IMG/VR virus record: IMGVR_UViG_3300022178_004478
Location: 1 to 38,528 of that record
Length of the DNA: 38,528 bases
Reading direction: 5' to 3' (one strand)
Origin: a virus
Taxonomy: Duplodnaviria; Caudoviricetes
Below, in pieces: positions 1-9,651 of the stretch (position 1 is its first letter; every line of letters begins with the position of its first letter). A model generated the notes under the pieces. That model ran no database searches, was not told the origin of the DNA, and saw only the letters and a program-made list of their open reading frames with translations. The position numbers and the translations under genes were made by a program.

Positions 1-43
1 GCGATGCTCTACCCGGTGATGCTCTACCCGGCGATGCTTCACC
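1..43. repeat. 15-bp tandem repeat (GYGATGCTCTACCCG x2 plus a degenerate third copy)
   Basis: Units at 1-15, 16-30 and 31-43. Frame 3 reads DALPGDALPGDASPNNST* (stop at 57-59), so this may be the 3' end of an upstream CDS cut by the window edge. Confidence 0.8.
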
Positions 44-83
44 TAACAATTCGACATAACATGTATTGTACGCCGGCCGTTAT

Positions 84-146
84 TTGCCTTGATATCAAGA
101 CAACTTGCCTTGATATCAAGACAACTTACCTTGATATCAAGGTAAA
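84..146. repeat. Three tandem 21-bp units, each a ~20-bp palindrome centred on CTTGATATCAAG
   Basis: TTGCCTTGATATCAAGACAAC at 84-104 and 105-125, and TTACCTTGATATCAAGGTAA (perfect palindrome) at 126-145. Confidence 0.95.
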
Positions 147-161
147 TAGGTGCTCAAAAGA

Positions 162-204
162 TCACTAGTGAACAGGTGCTCACTAGTGAACAGGGGTGCA
201 CCCC
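162..204. repeat. Two 18-bp-period direct repeats with a palindromic core (TCACTAGTGA), then the palindrome GGGGTGCACCCC
   Basis: TCACTAGTGAACAGG at 162-176 and 180-194; GGGGTGCACCCC at 193-204. Confidence 0.9.
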
Positions 205-413
205 CGACCTACCCTGCCCTCTCCCGATGTTCCCCCATCTGAAAAAGTCCTGATAGTTTTGCAAAAACCAAATTAACCTAAAAACAGTTAAACTTAGGCC
301 CCAAAAAATCTGGGGGGAAATTTTCAGAAATCAAGTTTTAACTCTTTTTCGGTTTTGATAAACACAGGATTAAACTTGTGTGAAAACTTAAAAACGGATT
401 AACTCTGCCTGTA

Positions 414-1949
414 ATGAAACAGAAAGTCATTTGGTCACCTCTCCCAGGCTCACAGGCACTAGCAATGAATGCGCCGTGCAATCACATCCTATTTGAGGGT
501 ACACGTGGTCCTGGCAAGACGGATGCACAGCTTATGAGGTTTCGGCGGTATGTCGGAATGGGATATGGTCAAGCTTGGCGCGGTATTATCTTTGATCGGC
601 AGTATAAGTCGCTGGATGACTTGATTGCGAAGTCAAAGCGGTGGTTCCCGCAGTTTCACGATGGTGCCAGGTTTCTATCATCACAATCAGCGTTGAAGTG
701 GGTGTGGCCGACCGGGGAAGAGCTGCTATTTCGCCATATGCACGACGAAACCGACTATGATCAGTACCACGGGCACGAGTACCCTTTCATCGGCTGGAAT
801 GAGCTCACAAAGTACCCAACCTCGGCTTGCTATGATGTGATGATGTCCACAAACCGTTCTTCGTTTGTTCCCGAGGAGCACACGCCTAGGAATTCAAAAA
901 CCGGTCAGTACGAAACCCCGGATGGCAAACCGCTAGACCCGATACCGATGATTGTGTTTTCTACGACCAATCCATTTGGTGCCGGGCACAATTGGGTTAA
1001 GCGTAGATTCATCGACCCGGTCCCGGCAGGTGAGGTAAAGAGGATGACCACTGAGATTTTCAACCCCAGGACTCAGAAGAGGGAGAATATCACAAAGACC
1101 CAGGTGCGTTTGTTTGGTTCGTACAAAGAGAACCGGTATTTATCGCCTGAGTACGTTGCGGAGTTGGAGAATATCACGGACCAGAATCGTAAACGAGCTT
1201 GGCTGGAGGGCGACTGGGATATCACCGCTGGTGGTGCGTTCGATGATGTTTGGAACAGCGATTTGCACATTGTGCCGAGGTTTCAGGTGCCAGGTTCGTG
1301 GAGAATATGCCGTTCGATGGACTGGGGCTCGAGTCACCCGTTCTCTGTCGGCTGGTGGGCGATATCTAATGGTGAGGAGGTTGCTATATCCGAGGATAGG
1401 ACAGTATGTTTCCCAAAGGATTCACTTATCAGAATTGCGGAGCTTTATGGCGCGGATGTGGTGAACGGTGAGCAGTTTGGCCACAACAAAGGCCGTAAGC
1501 TTTCAGCACGGAGATTAGCGCAGGAGGTTTTAGAGGTCGAGGAAGAGTTGACCATGCTGGGGTGGATAAGAACTAAACCTGAGCCGGGACCAGCGGATAA
1601 TCAGATTTACAATGTCAGTGAAGACGAGTCGGGTTCGATTGCTTCGATGATGGAGAATGAGGGAGTTGAATGGACCAGGTCTGACAAGAAGGCTGGATCA
1701 AGAGCAAATGGTTTTCAGATAATGCGGGATATGATGGAAAGATCGACAGACCGCGAGGGTGCCGGGCTTTACATTATGAACAATTGTGATGCGTTCATAA
1801 ATACAATCCCAAGCTTGCCAAGGGATGACAAAAAGCTGGACGATGTTGACACCGATGCAGAGGACCACGTTTACGATGAGGCGCGATATATGGTTCTTGA
1901 CGCGAGGCCGCAATGGGCAAAGTATGTAAATATTCGAATGCCGGTATAA
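414..1949 (+). CDS. terL: Terminase large subunit
   Basis: Walker A-like GTRGPGKT, Walker B-like FIGWNE, coupling motif STTNP, RNase H-fold nuclease motifs SMDWG and DHVYDEARY; lies upstream of the portal. Confidence 0.95.
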   Translation: MKQKVIWSPLPGSQALAMNAPCNHILFEGTRGPGKTDAQLMRFRRYVGMGYGQAWRGIIFDRQYKSLDDLIAKSKRWFPQFHDGARFLSSQSALKWVWPTGEELLFRHMHDETDYDQYHGHEYPFIGWNELTKYPTSACYDVMMSTNRSSFVPEEHTPRNSKTGQYETPDGKPLDPIPMIVFSTTNPFGAGHNWVKRRFIDPVPAGEVKRMTTEIFNPRTQKRENITKTQVRLFGSYKENRYLSPEYVAELENITDQNRKRAWLEGDWDITAGGAFDDVWNSDLHIVPRFQVPGSWRICRSMDWGSSHPFSVGWWAISNGEEVAISEDRTVCFPKDSLIRIAELYGADVVNGEQFGHNKGRKLSARRLAQEVLEVEEELTMLGWIRTKPEPGPADNQIYNVSEDESGSIASMMENEGVEWTRSDKKAGSRANGFQIMRDMMERSTDREGAGLYIMNNCDAFINTIPSLPRDDKKLDDVDTDAEDHVYDEARYMVLDARPQWAKYVNIRMPV

Positions 1950-1999
1950 CGGCAAGAGGTTTGCCTATATTTAGATTATAAAATTACCAATTTTCCCAC

Positions 2000-3433
2000 A
2001 TGCCAAATGTAAATTACGTACGCGAAGAAGTTGTCCAGGCCAGGAAGATCTGGCAACTGATTGATGACTGTGTAGCTGGTGAACAGCAAATTAAATCAAA
2101 AACACAGGACTACCTACCAATGCCGGTGGCTGAGTCCGATACGGACCAAATGCTATCGCGTTATGCCTCGTACCTGAAAAGGGCGATGTTCTATAATGTG
2201 ACAGCTCGTACTTTGGACGGGCTTGTTGGGCAGGTATTCTCTAAGGACCAAGCCATTGAGCTACCTGAGAATATTGATCGCTACGTGGACAACATCGATG
2301 GTGCCGGGACAAGCCTCGAGCAGCAATCAAAACTAGCACTTCAGACAGTTTTGGCAAAAGGCCACGGTGGCCTACTAGCAGACTTCCCAAATAACCAGGG
2401 GTTTGTGTCACTTGCTCAAATTGAAAGTAATTTGATCCGCCCAAGGATCCTAAACATTGATCCGGAGGACATAATCAACTGGCGTATGCAGACGGTCGGT
2501 GGCGAGTCGCTTCTTTCTTTGTTGGTGATCGAAGAGGAGAAGATTGTTGAGGATGATGGCTTCGAGTTTGATAAAGAGTACCGCTGGCGCGTGTTCCGGT
2601 TGATCGACGGTGAGAATGGCTACCAAGTTGAGGTAACCCTTTGGAGAGCCCCTGGCGAAGACTTTGAAACGACTGATGACTTCTATATTGAGGAAGGCCC
2701 TTCGATAATGACCGACTACAGCGGTTCGCCGTTGCAGCGGATCCCTTTCGAGTTCATGGGCAGTACAAACAATGAGCCGGTGATTGACAAAGCACCAATG
2801 CTCGACTTGGCCAACATGAACATCGCGCACTATCGCAACAGTGCTGATTATGAGGAGAGTTTATTCTTGGTTGGGCAACCGACCCTGGTCATCTCTGGTC
2901 TGACTCAGGATTGGGCGGACAAAAACATCAATGGCAAGGTAATCCTTGGTTCCCGGTCGGCGATCACTCTACCAAAGGATGGCCGTGCTGAGATGTTGCA
3001 GCCACACCCTAATGTGATGCCAAAAGAGGGCATGGAGCACAAGGAGCAACAAATGAAGGCGGTCGGTGCTAAACTGATTGAGCCCAACTTCTCTAAGGTC
3101 ACAGCTACCGAGGTTCTGATGGAAGCTGCTTCGGAATCTTCTATTCTGACAAGCACTGCAAACAATGTTTCAGCGGCCTACCGGAAAGTACTTATGCACA
3201 TGGGAATGTTTATAAGTGAAACAAGTATCGATGAGATAAACTTCTCATTGAATACTGATTACACGGTAACCAGCATGACAGCCCAGGATCGCCAGCAGTT
3301 GGTCGCCGAATGGCAGGGTGGCCTAATCACATGGGATGAGGCTAGAGAGACTCTTCGAATAACTGGTGTTGTAACCGAGGATAATGAGGCTGCAAGGACC
3401 AAGGTAGAAACAATTGATGCTAACTTGATCTAA
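2000..3433 (+). CDS. Portal protein (DUF4055-like)
   Basis: 477 aa directly after terL; motifs YLPMP, YLKRAMFYN and LANMNIAHYRNSADYEE are typical of this portal family. Confidence 0.9.
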   Translation: MPNVNYVREEVVQARKIWQLIDDCVAGEQQIKSKTQDYLPMPVAESDTDQMLSRYASYLKRAMFYNVTARTLDGLVGQVFSKDQAIELPENIDRYVDNIDGAGTSLEQQSKLALQTVLAKGHGGLLADFPNNQGFVSLAQIESNLIRPRILNIDPEDIINWRMQTVGGESLLSLLVIEEEKIVEDDGFEFDKEYRWRVFRLIDGENGYQVEVTLWRAPGEDFETTDDFYIEEGPSIMTDYSGSPLQRIPFEFMGSTNNEPVIDKAPMLDLANMNIAHYRNSADYEESLFLVGQPTLVISGLTQDWADKNINGKVILGSRSAITLPKDGRAEMLQPHPNVMPKEGMEHKEQQMKAVGAKLIEPNFSKVTATEVLMEAASESSILTSTANNVSAAYRKVLMHMGMFISETSIDEINFSLNTDYTVTSMTAQDRQQLVAEWQGGLITWDEARETLRITGVVTEDNEAARTKVETIDANLI

Positions 3434-4506
3434 TGCCAAAAAAGGAAGACCGAAAACCTTTAGAGGAAGCAGCAATACTGGCCCAAGTCACTCTCGAGAG
3501 GCTTAAGGCTGGGTTTGCGCTTAAATTTAATAGTGTCTTTGCCAAGGAAGCAACTTTGGTAAGGTCCACTTTGAATAGTCTCAGTTATGATTTAAGTGAG
3601 GCAAGTGTTGCACAATCTAAGAAGCTGCTTTCGAAACTTGATAAGTCTATTTCGAAAGAGTTTAAAGTTGCCAACTCGGATCTTAATTCTGAGCTTCAAA
3701 CTATATCAGCATTGTATGCCGGGATTGAGGCAAAGGATTTAATAGACTCTGTAACGGGTGATTTAAAACTAAAGACCATAACGGCAAAGCAAGCATTTGC
3801 AAAAGCCAAAGTTATGGCCATGGGCCACTCTGGAATATTACTTGAGGACTTTATTAGTTCCTTTGCTGCCACGGAGACCAAGAGGGTAGTAAATACAATT
3901 CGTAGGGCTTTCCAGGAAGGCAGGACGAGCCAGCAGACAATAAGGGAGGTGGTGGGCACCAAAGCGTCTAACTTCAAGAATGGGATTTTGGAGATATCCC
4001 GCAGGAATGCTAAGACCTTGGTATCAACCTCCGTACAGCATGCCGCGAGCGCGGGTAGGATGGCCCTTTGGGAGGCCAACAGTTCTGTGGTTGAAGCCTA
4101 TGAATGGCTTTCAACATTGGACAGTAGAACGACCACAACCTGTCGAAGCCTGGATGGTTCAAAATTTGAATTAGGCAAGGGACCGGTACCGCCGATCCAC
4201 TTGAATTGTAGATCAACAACGGTGGCGGTACTTGGAAGTGAGTTTGATTTCCTTAAAGAAGGTGCCACCCGGTCGGCTGAGTTTGGACCTGTCAGCGCAA
4301 AGAAAACTTATTACTCCTGGTTGAAGGACCAATCTGCTTCTTTTCAAAATGAAGTACTTGGGCCGACAAGGGCTCGTCTTTTCCGGGATGGTGGGTTAAC
4401 TGCTGAGAAGTTTTCCGAATTAAACTTAGGCAGAACTTTCCAGCCTTTGACCCTTGATGAGATGCGTTTGAAAGATCCAAAGGCATTTAAAAGAGCAGGA
4501 ATTTAA
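3433..4506 (+). CDS. Minor head morphogenesis protein (SPP1 gp7 / Mu gpF-like)
   Basis: WLSTLDSRTTTTCRSLDG...PPIHLNCRST signature; follows the portal. Confidence 0.92.
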   Translation: MPKKEDRKPLEEAAILAQVTLERLKAGFALKFNSVFAKEATLVRSTLNSLSYDLSEASVAQSKKLLSKLDKSISKEFKVANSDLNSELQTISALYAGIEAKDLIDSVTGDLKLKTITAKQAFAKAKVMAMGHSGILLEDFISSFAATETKRVVNTIRRAFQEGRTSQQTIREVVGTKASNFKNGILEISRRNAKTLVSTSVQHAASAGRMALWEANSSVVEAYEWLSTLDSRTTTTCRSLDGSKFELGKGPVPPIHLNCRSTTVAVLGSEFDFLKEGATRSAEFGPVSAKKTYYSWLKDQSASFQNEVLGPTRARLFRDGGLTAEKFSELNLGRTFQPLTLDEMRLKDPKAFKRAGI

Positions 4507-4582
4507 TTTCTTGCATAGAAACCAGTTTTTGTACACTTTTGTTTCGAACCGGGATTTGTAATCCCTGAAAAGATCAAAACTT

Positions 4583-5275
4583 ATGAAATACAAACTAACA
4601 TCGGAAGAACATTCGGCCCTAGAGGAATCAAACAAGGGTCTTTATTCGGAGCAAAATGATTCATTTGTTCTCCAAGTCGAAGGACTAGAGGACCACTTTG
4701 TTTCAAAAGAGAAAAAAGATATTGCTGAGACGCATCGTAAAAATGCCGAAAGTAGACTCCAGGAGGCTGAGGCTCGTGAGGTTAAACTTCTGAAGGATAT
4801 TGAGAAGTCCAAGGGTGGTAAAGATGAGATTGAGTTGATTCGGAATCAACACATCAGCGAGTTAGATAAGATCCGCGCTGAGTATCAAGAAAAAGAAAAT
4901 CTCAGTAAGCAGGAATCATATAAGACTATGGTCGAGCTTGAATCGGAGAAATTTGCCCAAGAGCATTTCATCGTTCCCTCAGCCATTCGCCGTCTTTTCT
5001 CCGACCGACTGGCGGTTGAGGAAGTAAATGGACAGCCGGTAATCCGTACAAAAGAATTGGACGGCACACCCTCTATTAAGTCTGTTGAAGATTTAAAGAA
5101 AGAATTTCTTGATAATAAAGAGTTTTCTCCTATTATCAAAGCATCCTTGGGTTCTGGCAGCGGTGCTGAAAAGAGCGAAAGAGGAGGAAATTTCAGCGGT
5201 GCTGGGAAGGAAATCGACGTTCTAACTGCAAGTCCAAAAGACTTGGTGAAGGCAATCAGCCAAAGAGCCAAGTAA
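4583..5275 (+). CDS. Capsid scaffolding protein
   Basis: Charged coiled-coil protein with a GSGSGA motif near the C-terminus, immediately upstream of the major capsid gene. Confidence 0.75.
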   Translation: MKYKLTSEEHSALEESNKGLYSEQNDSFVLQVEGLEDHFVSKEKKDIAETHRKNAESRLQEAEAREVKLLKDIEKSKGGKDEIELIRNQHISELDKIRAEYQEKENLSKQESYKTMVELESEKFAQEHFIVPSAIRRLFSDRLAVEEVNGQPVIRTKELDGTPSIKSVEDLKKEFLDNKEFSPIIKASLGSGSGAEKSERGGNFSGAGKEIDVLTASPKDLVKAISQRAK

Positions 5276-5315
5276 GTTGGAGTTGTTCTACTTAACAAAC
5301 AAACCGTAAATTATT

Positions 5316-6272
5316 ATGTCTCTACAAGTATTCAATGAATATCTTAACACATCCCGCACAGAGGTTGTTGCTCAAGCCGTTGACAAGTTCAACGCCGCTT
5401 CTAATGGCACAGTTACCCTCTCCGCTGGAGCTAACCAAGGCGACTACAATGTAGAAGCCTTTTATACCGCTATTGGTGACCTAGTTCGCCGCCGTAATCA
5501 ATATGGTTCGGGTGCAGTTACTGCTTCCGACATTGCACAGCTCAATGAGAGCTCTGTCAAGGTCGGTGCTGGTACTCCCCCAATCAACCACCCACCAAGC
5601 TGGTGGACTTGGATGCAGAAGAGCCCAGAAGAAGCTGGTGTTATTCTTGGCCGCCAACTCGGTGTTGCACAGACACAGGACTTGCTTAATACAGCAATCT
5701 CCGGTGCTGCTGCCGCTATGCAAGGTGTTGGAGCTAGTGTTGTCTATGATGGCAGTGCTGCTGTTGCCTCGTTGTCTAACCTGTCGAAAGCAACAGCACT
5801 CTTCGGAGATCGCTCGCAAGCTCTCGGTGGTTGGGTGATGCACAGTAAGGTCTTCCACGATCTTGAGCAAGCTGGCCTTGCTAACTCCTCTCGTTTGTTC
5901 ACATTCGAGAATGTTACCATCATGCAAGATGCATCTGGCCGTCCGTTCGTGGTAACAGACAGCCCAAGCTTGGTTGTTTCAGCCGCTGGCGTAGAAGATG
6001 AGTACCTGACAATGGGTCTCGTACGTGGTGCAGTAAACGTCGAGATGAATGGTGATTTCACCGATAACGTACAAGTTATCAATGGTGATGAAAATCTCCT
6101 TCGTACTTACCAAGCTGAGTGGTCTTACAACCTCGGAATCAAGGGTTTCGAGTGGGACCAAGCAAACGGTGGTAAGTCTCCTAACAACGCTGCTATCGGT
6201 ACAGCAACTAACTGGGACAAGACCGCAACAGATATCAAGGACACAGCAGGTGTCATGTTGCAGTCTCTGTAG
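5316..6272 (+). CDS. Major capsid protein
   Basis: 318 aa; N-terminal FNAASNG and FGD...WVMHS...GRPFVVTDSP motifs as in T1/PA73-like HK97-fold capsids; followed by a strong terminator. Confidence 0.9.
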   Translation: MSLQVFNEYLNTSRTEVVAQAVDKFNAASNGTVTLSAGANQGDYNVEAFYTAIGDLVRRRNQYGSGAVTASDIAQLNESSVKVGAGTPPINHPPSWWTWMQKSPEEAGVILGRQLGVAQTQDLLNTAISGAAAAMQGVGASVVYDGSAAVASLSNLSKATALFGDRSQALGGWVMHSKVFHDLEQAGLANSSRLFTFENVTIMQDASGRPFVVTDSPSLVVSAAGVEDEYLTMGLVRGAVNVEMNGDFTDNVQVINGDENLLRTYQAEWSYNLGIKGFEWDQANGGKSPNNAAIGTATNWDKTATDIKDTAGVMLQSL

Positions 6273-6302
6273 TATCCAGTAAATAAAGTCTTGAAAGACA
6301 CG

Positions 6303-6338
6303 AGCCCCACCAGTTATTAATTGGTGGGGCTTTTCTTT
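6303..6338 (+). terminator. Intrinsic terminator after the major capsid gene
   Basis: Stem AGCCCCACCA / TGGTGGGGCT followed by TTTCTTT. Confidence 0.9.
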
Positions 6339-6358
6339 ACCCAAATACAAAATCAACT

Positions 6359-6700
6359 ATGAAAAAAATAACCAAAAAAATACTATACTTTATCAGCGGC
6401 CCCGCTCCAAGCGGTCAGCAGATCAAACAAGCAATGGAACTTGGTGCTTCCTTTAGGAATGCCGCCCTTATAGGTGAAAATGAATCCTTAGAAAAATGCG
6501 ATGCCGTTTGCGGTGAGGTACCAAAGCAATACCAGGGTTTTCCAATTATTGATCTTCAGACGGAGCCTGAGCCTGAGAAGCTAACTGAAGCGGAAGAATT
6601 AAAAAAACTTTTAACAGAAAAAGGGGTAGCTTTTAAAAATAACAACTCAGTTAAGACCCTTAAAACGCTTTTAGGGGAAGGGTTGTTAGAGCAATCTTAA
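6359..6700 (+). CDS. Hypothetical head-region protein, possibly with a C-terminal HeH/LEM-like helical domain
   Basis: 113 aa with an A-rich leader; C-terminus ELKKLLTEKGVAF...KTLKTLL; typical position after the capsid gene. Confidence 0.6.
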   Translation: MKKITKKILYFISGPAPSGQQIKQAMELGASFRNAALIGENESLEKCDAVCGEVPKQYQGFPIIDLQTEPEPEKLTEAEELKKLLTEKGVAFKNNNSVKTLKTLLGEGLLEQS

Positions 6701-6739
6701 TTGCTTGCCATCCCAGCCTTACTATGTTTCCTTCTTGGT

Positions 6740-7243
6740 ATGGCTATTATAGTTGAAGATGGTACTGGTCTAGCGAATGCTAATTCCTTTGTTACTGTTG
6801 CGGAGGCACGAGCCTACGCAACTGACAGAGGAATTACATTGCCAGCGGCTGATGTTGACGTTGAGAAGGCACTCATTAAAGCGGGTGACTATATGTTCCG
6901 TTATGAAAAGAACCTGAAGGGTTCGAGAGCGACCACAACACAGCGTCTGCCGTACCCAAGGTACCCGGTTAACGTGTTCGGCACCCTAATCCTAAAGACA
7001 GACATACCAAGCCAGCTTAAAGAGGCTCAGATCGAACTCGGCATTGAGTCATCGGCGGGAGTAGCCTTACGACCAAATGGTTCCGGGCGCGAAGTCCTAA
7101 TGGAAAAGGTTGGGCCAATCAGCACACAGTATTCCGAAACAGGCAGTGGCTCAAACACCCCAACTTTTTACAAGGTTCTTGATCTACTTTCACCCCTCTT
7201 AAAATCTGCCAGTGGTTCCTTTATGGAGGTAGTAAGGGGATAG
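6740..7243 (+). CDS. Head-tail adaptor (DnaT-like family)
   Basis: Start re-assigned to the ATG at 6740 (MAIIVEDGTGLANANSFVTVAEARAY), the conserved N-terminus of this family; also QRLPYPR and EKVGPISTQY motifs. Confidence 0.8.
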   Translation: MAIIVEDGTGLANANSFVTVAEARAYATDRGITLPAADVDVEKALIKAGDYMFRYEKNLKGSRATTTQRLPYPRYPVNVFGTLILKTDIPSQLKEAQIELGIESSAGVALRPNGSGREVLMEKVGPISTQYSETGSGSNTPTFYKVLDLLSPLLKSASGSFMEVVRG

Positions 7244-7244
7244 T

Positions 7245-7766
7245 ATGGCCTTTGAATACAGTACCATGCAAGCCACGGCCGAAAGGCTACTGGCAAACTA
7301 CGGGGAGCAGATAGAGTTTCGTAGTTACATACAGGAAAGCTATGACCCAGTATCTGGCGTAGAGCAACTTGAGTATATAAAGTCTTATCGGACCGGAGTA
7401 TGTCTACCATCTGTTGAGAGTGGTATGAAGTTCTTTGATGAGGCGTTTATGGCAGGTTTGGTCTTGGGTAAGACCAAGGTGTTCATTGTTTCCGGGATCG
7501 GCCAGGATTTTGACCCAAAGATTGGCGACCAGATATTCTACGATGGTAAGCTTTGGGATGTGGGCACCGAGGATATCAACACTGGAGTCATGCCATTTAG
7601 ACCGGTCGCAAGTTCCAACATAATTTTTACAGTTGGATGCAGACTGTCAGGTAAAGATCCGGAAGCGGGAACGGACATTGGCTTCTTGTCAGAATTATCT
7701 TTCCAAGAAAACAGACTTCGAGTTTTTGTTAATGAAACTTTCTACGAGGATCTCCAGGGTGTGTAA
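7245..7766 (+). CDS. Head-closure/neck protein with a C-terminal extension
   Basis: Position after the adaptor; N-terminus A-x-RLL-x-x-YG...YDPVSG resembles head-closure proteins. Confidence 0.6.
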   Translation: MAFEYSTMQATAERLLANYGEQIEFRSYIQESYDPVSGVEQLEYIKSYRTGVCLPSVESGMKFFDEAFMAGLVLGKTKVFIVSGIGQDFDPKIGDQIFYDGKLWDVGTEDINTGVMPFRPVASSNIIFTVGCRLSGKDPEAGTDIGFLSELSFQENRLRVFVNETFYEDLQGV

Positions 7767-8167
7767 TGCAAAAATTTGATGTACAGATGAGTAAGTGGTG
7801 TACTAAGTCCACCAAGGAGATTCATGATTTACTATCGGGAGTGATTTTGGAATTGTTTTCGGCCATCATAAAAGACACACCAGTTTTAGATGGTTATCTA
7901 AGGGGTAATTGGCTGGTATCTTCAATGGCACCTAGGTTTGGCGTTTTAGATGTAATGGACCCAGGCGGGAACAAAGCCACGTATAATATTGGGAAATTGG
8001 TATCTTCACTACCTCTTGGTAAAGATGTCGAGGTGTATATGACAAACAGTCTCCCATATGCTTACAAAATTGAGTATCTTGGCCACTCTAAGATAAAAGC
8101 CCCCGGTGGGATGGTTGTGAAAAATTTCACAAGGATAACACAGTTGTTGAAAGCTAGGACTTCTTAA
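7766..8167 (+). CDS. Tail completion protein (HK97 gp10-like)
   Basis: TPVLDGYLRGNW and NSLPYAYKIEYLGHS...APGGMV motifs. Confidence 0.8.
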   Translation: MQKFDVQMSKWCTKSTKEIHDLLSGVILELFSAIIKDTPVLDGYLRGNWLVSSMAPRFGVLDVMDPGGNKATYNIGKLVSSLPLGKDVEVYMTNSLPYAYKIEYLGHSKIKAPGGMVVKNFTRITQLLKARTS

Positions 8168-8184
8168 TATTTAATACTTAAGTA

Positions 8185-8613
8185 ATGAGCATATCAAATA
8201 TCAGAAAAGCCTTTGTAACTGAGGTAAAAAGCACTTTAGATGGTTTGGGGTTTGGTGATAAAATCAAATGGGAAAACCGCGACTTTGACCCAAGTGGTTC
8301 GCCTCAGTGGGCTGGCTTTACATTTGTTTCTACAGAACCATTTGTTGTCACGCTTGGGCAGGGGGGAGATGATAGGCTAACCGGGTATGTACAAATTGAC
8401 CTAAACACTACTCAGGACTCCGGCGATGGTGCCATGGATGTTTGGATTGATGCTTTTAGGCAACAGTTCCCGGCGGGAAAACCTTTGACCTTTGGAACTA
8501 GTTCCGCTTTAGTCTTGAACACCGGGGTTAATTCAGGGACAATGTTTGACAATTGGTTTAGAAAATCTATAACAATAACATACAGGGCTGATCTGCCCAG
8601 GGCTTTAATCTAA
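8185..8613 (+). CDS. Tail terminator-like protein
   Basis: WEN-x-x-F-x-P motif and G-x-x-QIDL; directly before the tail tube gene. Confidence 0.7.
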   Translation: MSISNIRKAFVTEVKSTLDGLGFGDKIKWENRDFDPSGSPQWAGFTFVSTEPFVVTLGQGGDDRLTGYVQIDLNTTQDSGDGAMDVWIDAFRQQFPAGKPLTFGTSSALVLNTGVNSGTMFDNWFRKSITITYRADLPRALI

Positions 8614-8629
8614 AAATAATAAAAATATC

Positions 8630-9550
8630 ATGGCTGATTCATCTCGTCACAATCTATTCTTCGTTCCGGAAACAACTTATGGTGTAACACCGTCGGTTGA
8701 CCCATCGTTTGCCGATGTACGCCATACTGGCACCACCCTGGCAATCACTAAAGAATCCTTTCAATCGGAAGAGCTACATGCCGACCGACAGATCCGAGAC
8801 TTCCGACATGGTGTTCGTGCGGTAGCGGGTGATGTAAGTTTTGAGTTATCTTCGAGTTCTTTTGATGATTTGTTAGAGGGCACCTTTATGGGTTCCTGGG
8901 CGGGGAATGTTTTGAAAGCCGGTGTCACTCGTCGATCTTTCAGTCTGCTACGTCAATTTACCGACCTGACAGCTAGTGATAAACCTTTCCATCTTTTTAA
9001 AGGTGTTGAACTTAACACCTTTAGTTTGTCGGTACCTGCTTCAGGGATCGTAACTGGTTCGTTTGCTTCCATTGGTCAGAACATGGAAATCAATTCGGAC
9101 ATGACAGCCTACGGCACACCGACTTATGGAACTCCCGACACCACGGCTCCTTTTGATAGTTTCACTGGTACAATCACGGAGGGTGGCATTGCAATTGGTA
9201 TTGTTACTGAGATCTCGTTATCTTTGGAAAATGGTCTAGCACCTCGTAATGTTATTGGTTCGGATGAAACAATCCGCCCAACAATTGGCCGTTCAAACTT
9301 GACCGGTAACATGACAGCATATTTTGAGAATTCAGTTCTTCTTGAAAAATTCTTGAATGAGACCGAATCAAGTCTCACGTTTACACTAGCGGATGCTGCC
9401 GGTAACTCCCTCCAATTCGACATCCCTAAGATCGTTTATAATGGTGGTCAACCTGATGTTTCCGGCCAGGGTGCAATTACATTGTCCCTACCATTCCAAG
9501 CTCTGTATGACAGCATTGACGAGAGTCAGATTGTAATTACCCGTTCATAG
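8630..9550 (+). CDS. Major tail tube protein
   Basis: ETTYGVTP, SEEL-x-x-DRQ and TITEGG motifs; followed by a terminator and the chaperone genes. No sheath gene is present, so the tail is non-contractile. Confidence 0.88.
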   Translation: MADSSRHNLFFVPETTYGVTPSVDPSFADVRHTGTTLAITKESFQSEELHADRQIRDFRHGVRAVAGDVSFELSSSSFDDLLEGTFMGSWAGNVLKAGVTRRSFSLLRQFTDLTASDKPFHLFKGVELNTFSLSVPASGIVTGSFASIGQNMEINSDMTAYGTPTYGTPDTTAPFDSFTGTITEGGIAIGIVTEISLSLENGLAPRNVIGSDETIRPTIGRSNLTGNMTAYFENSVLLEKFLNETESSLTFTLADAAGNSLQFDIPKIVYNGGQPDVSGQGAITLSLPFQALYDSIDESQIVITRS

Positions 9551-9584
9551 AAAAAACCCAATACCCTGCCAGCCAGGTCTACTT

Positions 9585-9615
9585 AACCCCTCACTGTAAA
9601 AAGTGGGGGGTTTTT
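9585..9615 (+). terminator. Intrinsic terminator after the tail tube gene
   Basis: Stem AACCCCTCACT / AGTGGGGGGTT (one G-U pair) running into a T-tract. Confidence 0.85.
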
Positions 9616-9616
9616 G

Positions 9617-9645
9617 TTGACATACATAAACGGTTTTCATTTATT
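9617..9645 (+). promoter_or_regulatory. Putative sigma70-like promoter for the chaperone/tape-measure operon
   Basis: TTGACA at 9617-9622 right after the terminator, a 17-nt spacer, then TTTATT; ATG at 9652. The -10 element is non-canonical. Confidence 0.5.
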
Positions 9646-9651
9646 ACCAGT

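Noticed and set aside
1-168. Frame-1 ORF AMLYPVMLYP...CLDIKTTCLDIKTT as the small terminase
   Set aside because: It stays open mainly because the repeat periods are multiples of 3; there is no TerS-like feature and it is truncated by the window edge.
84-194. Possible mini-CRISPR array
   Set aside because: The repeats are directly abutting with no unique spacers, and there is no cas operon.
6270-6320. Stop-codon read-through or alternative genetic code at the capsid TAG
   Set aside because: Read-through would add only ~15 codons and run into the terminator; genes throughout end cleanly at TAA/TAG/TGA with dense standard-code coding.
6701-6739. Signal-peptide-like N-terminus on the head-tail adaptor (MLAIPALLCFLLG)
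   Set aside because: Artefact of an upstream TTG start; the family-typical start is the ATG at 6740.
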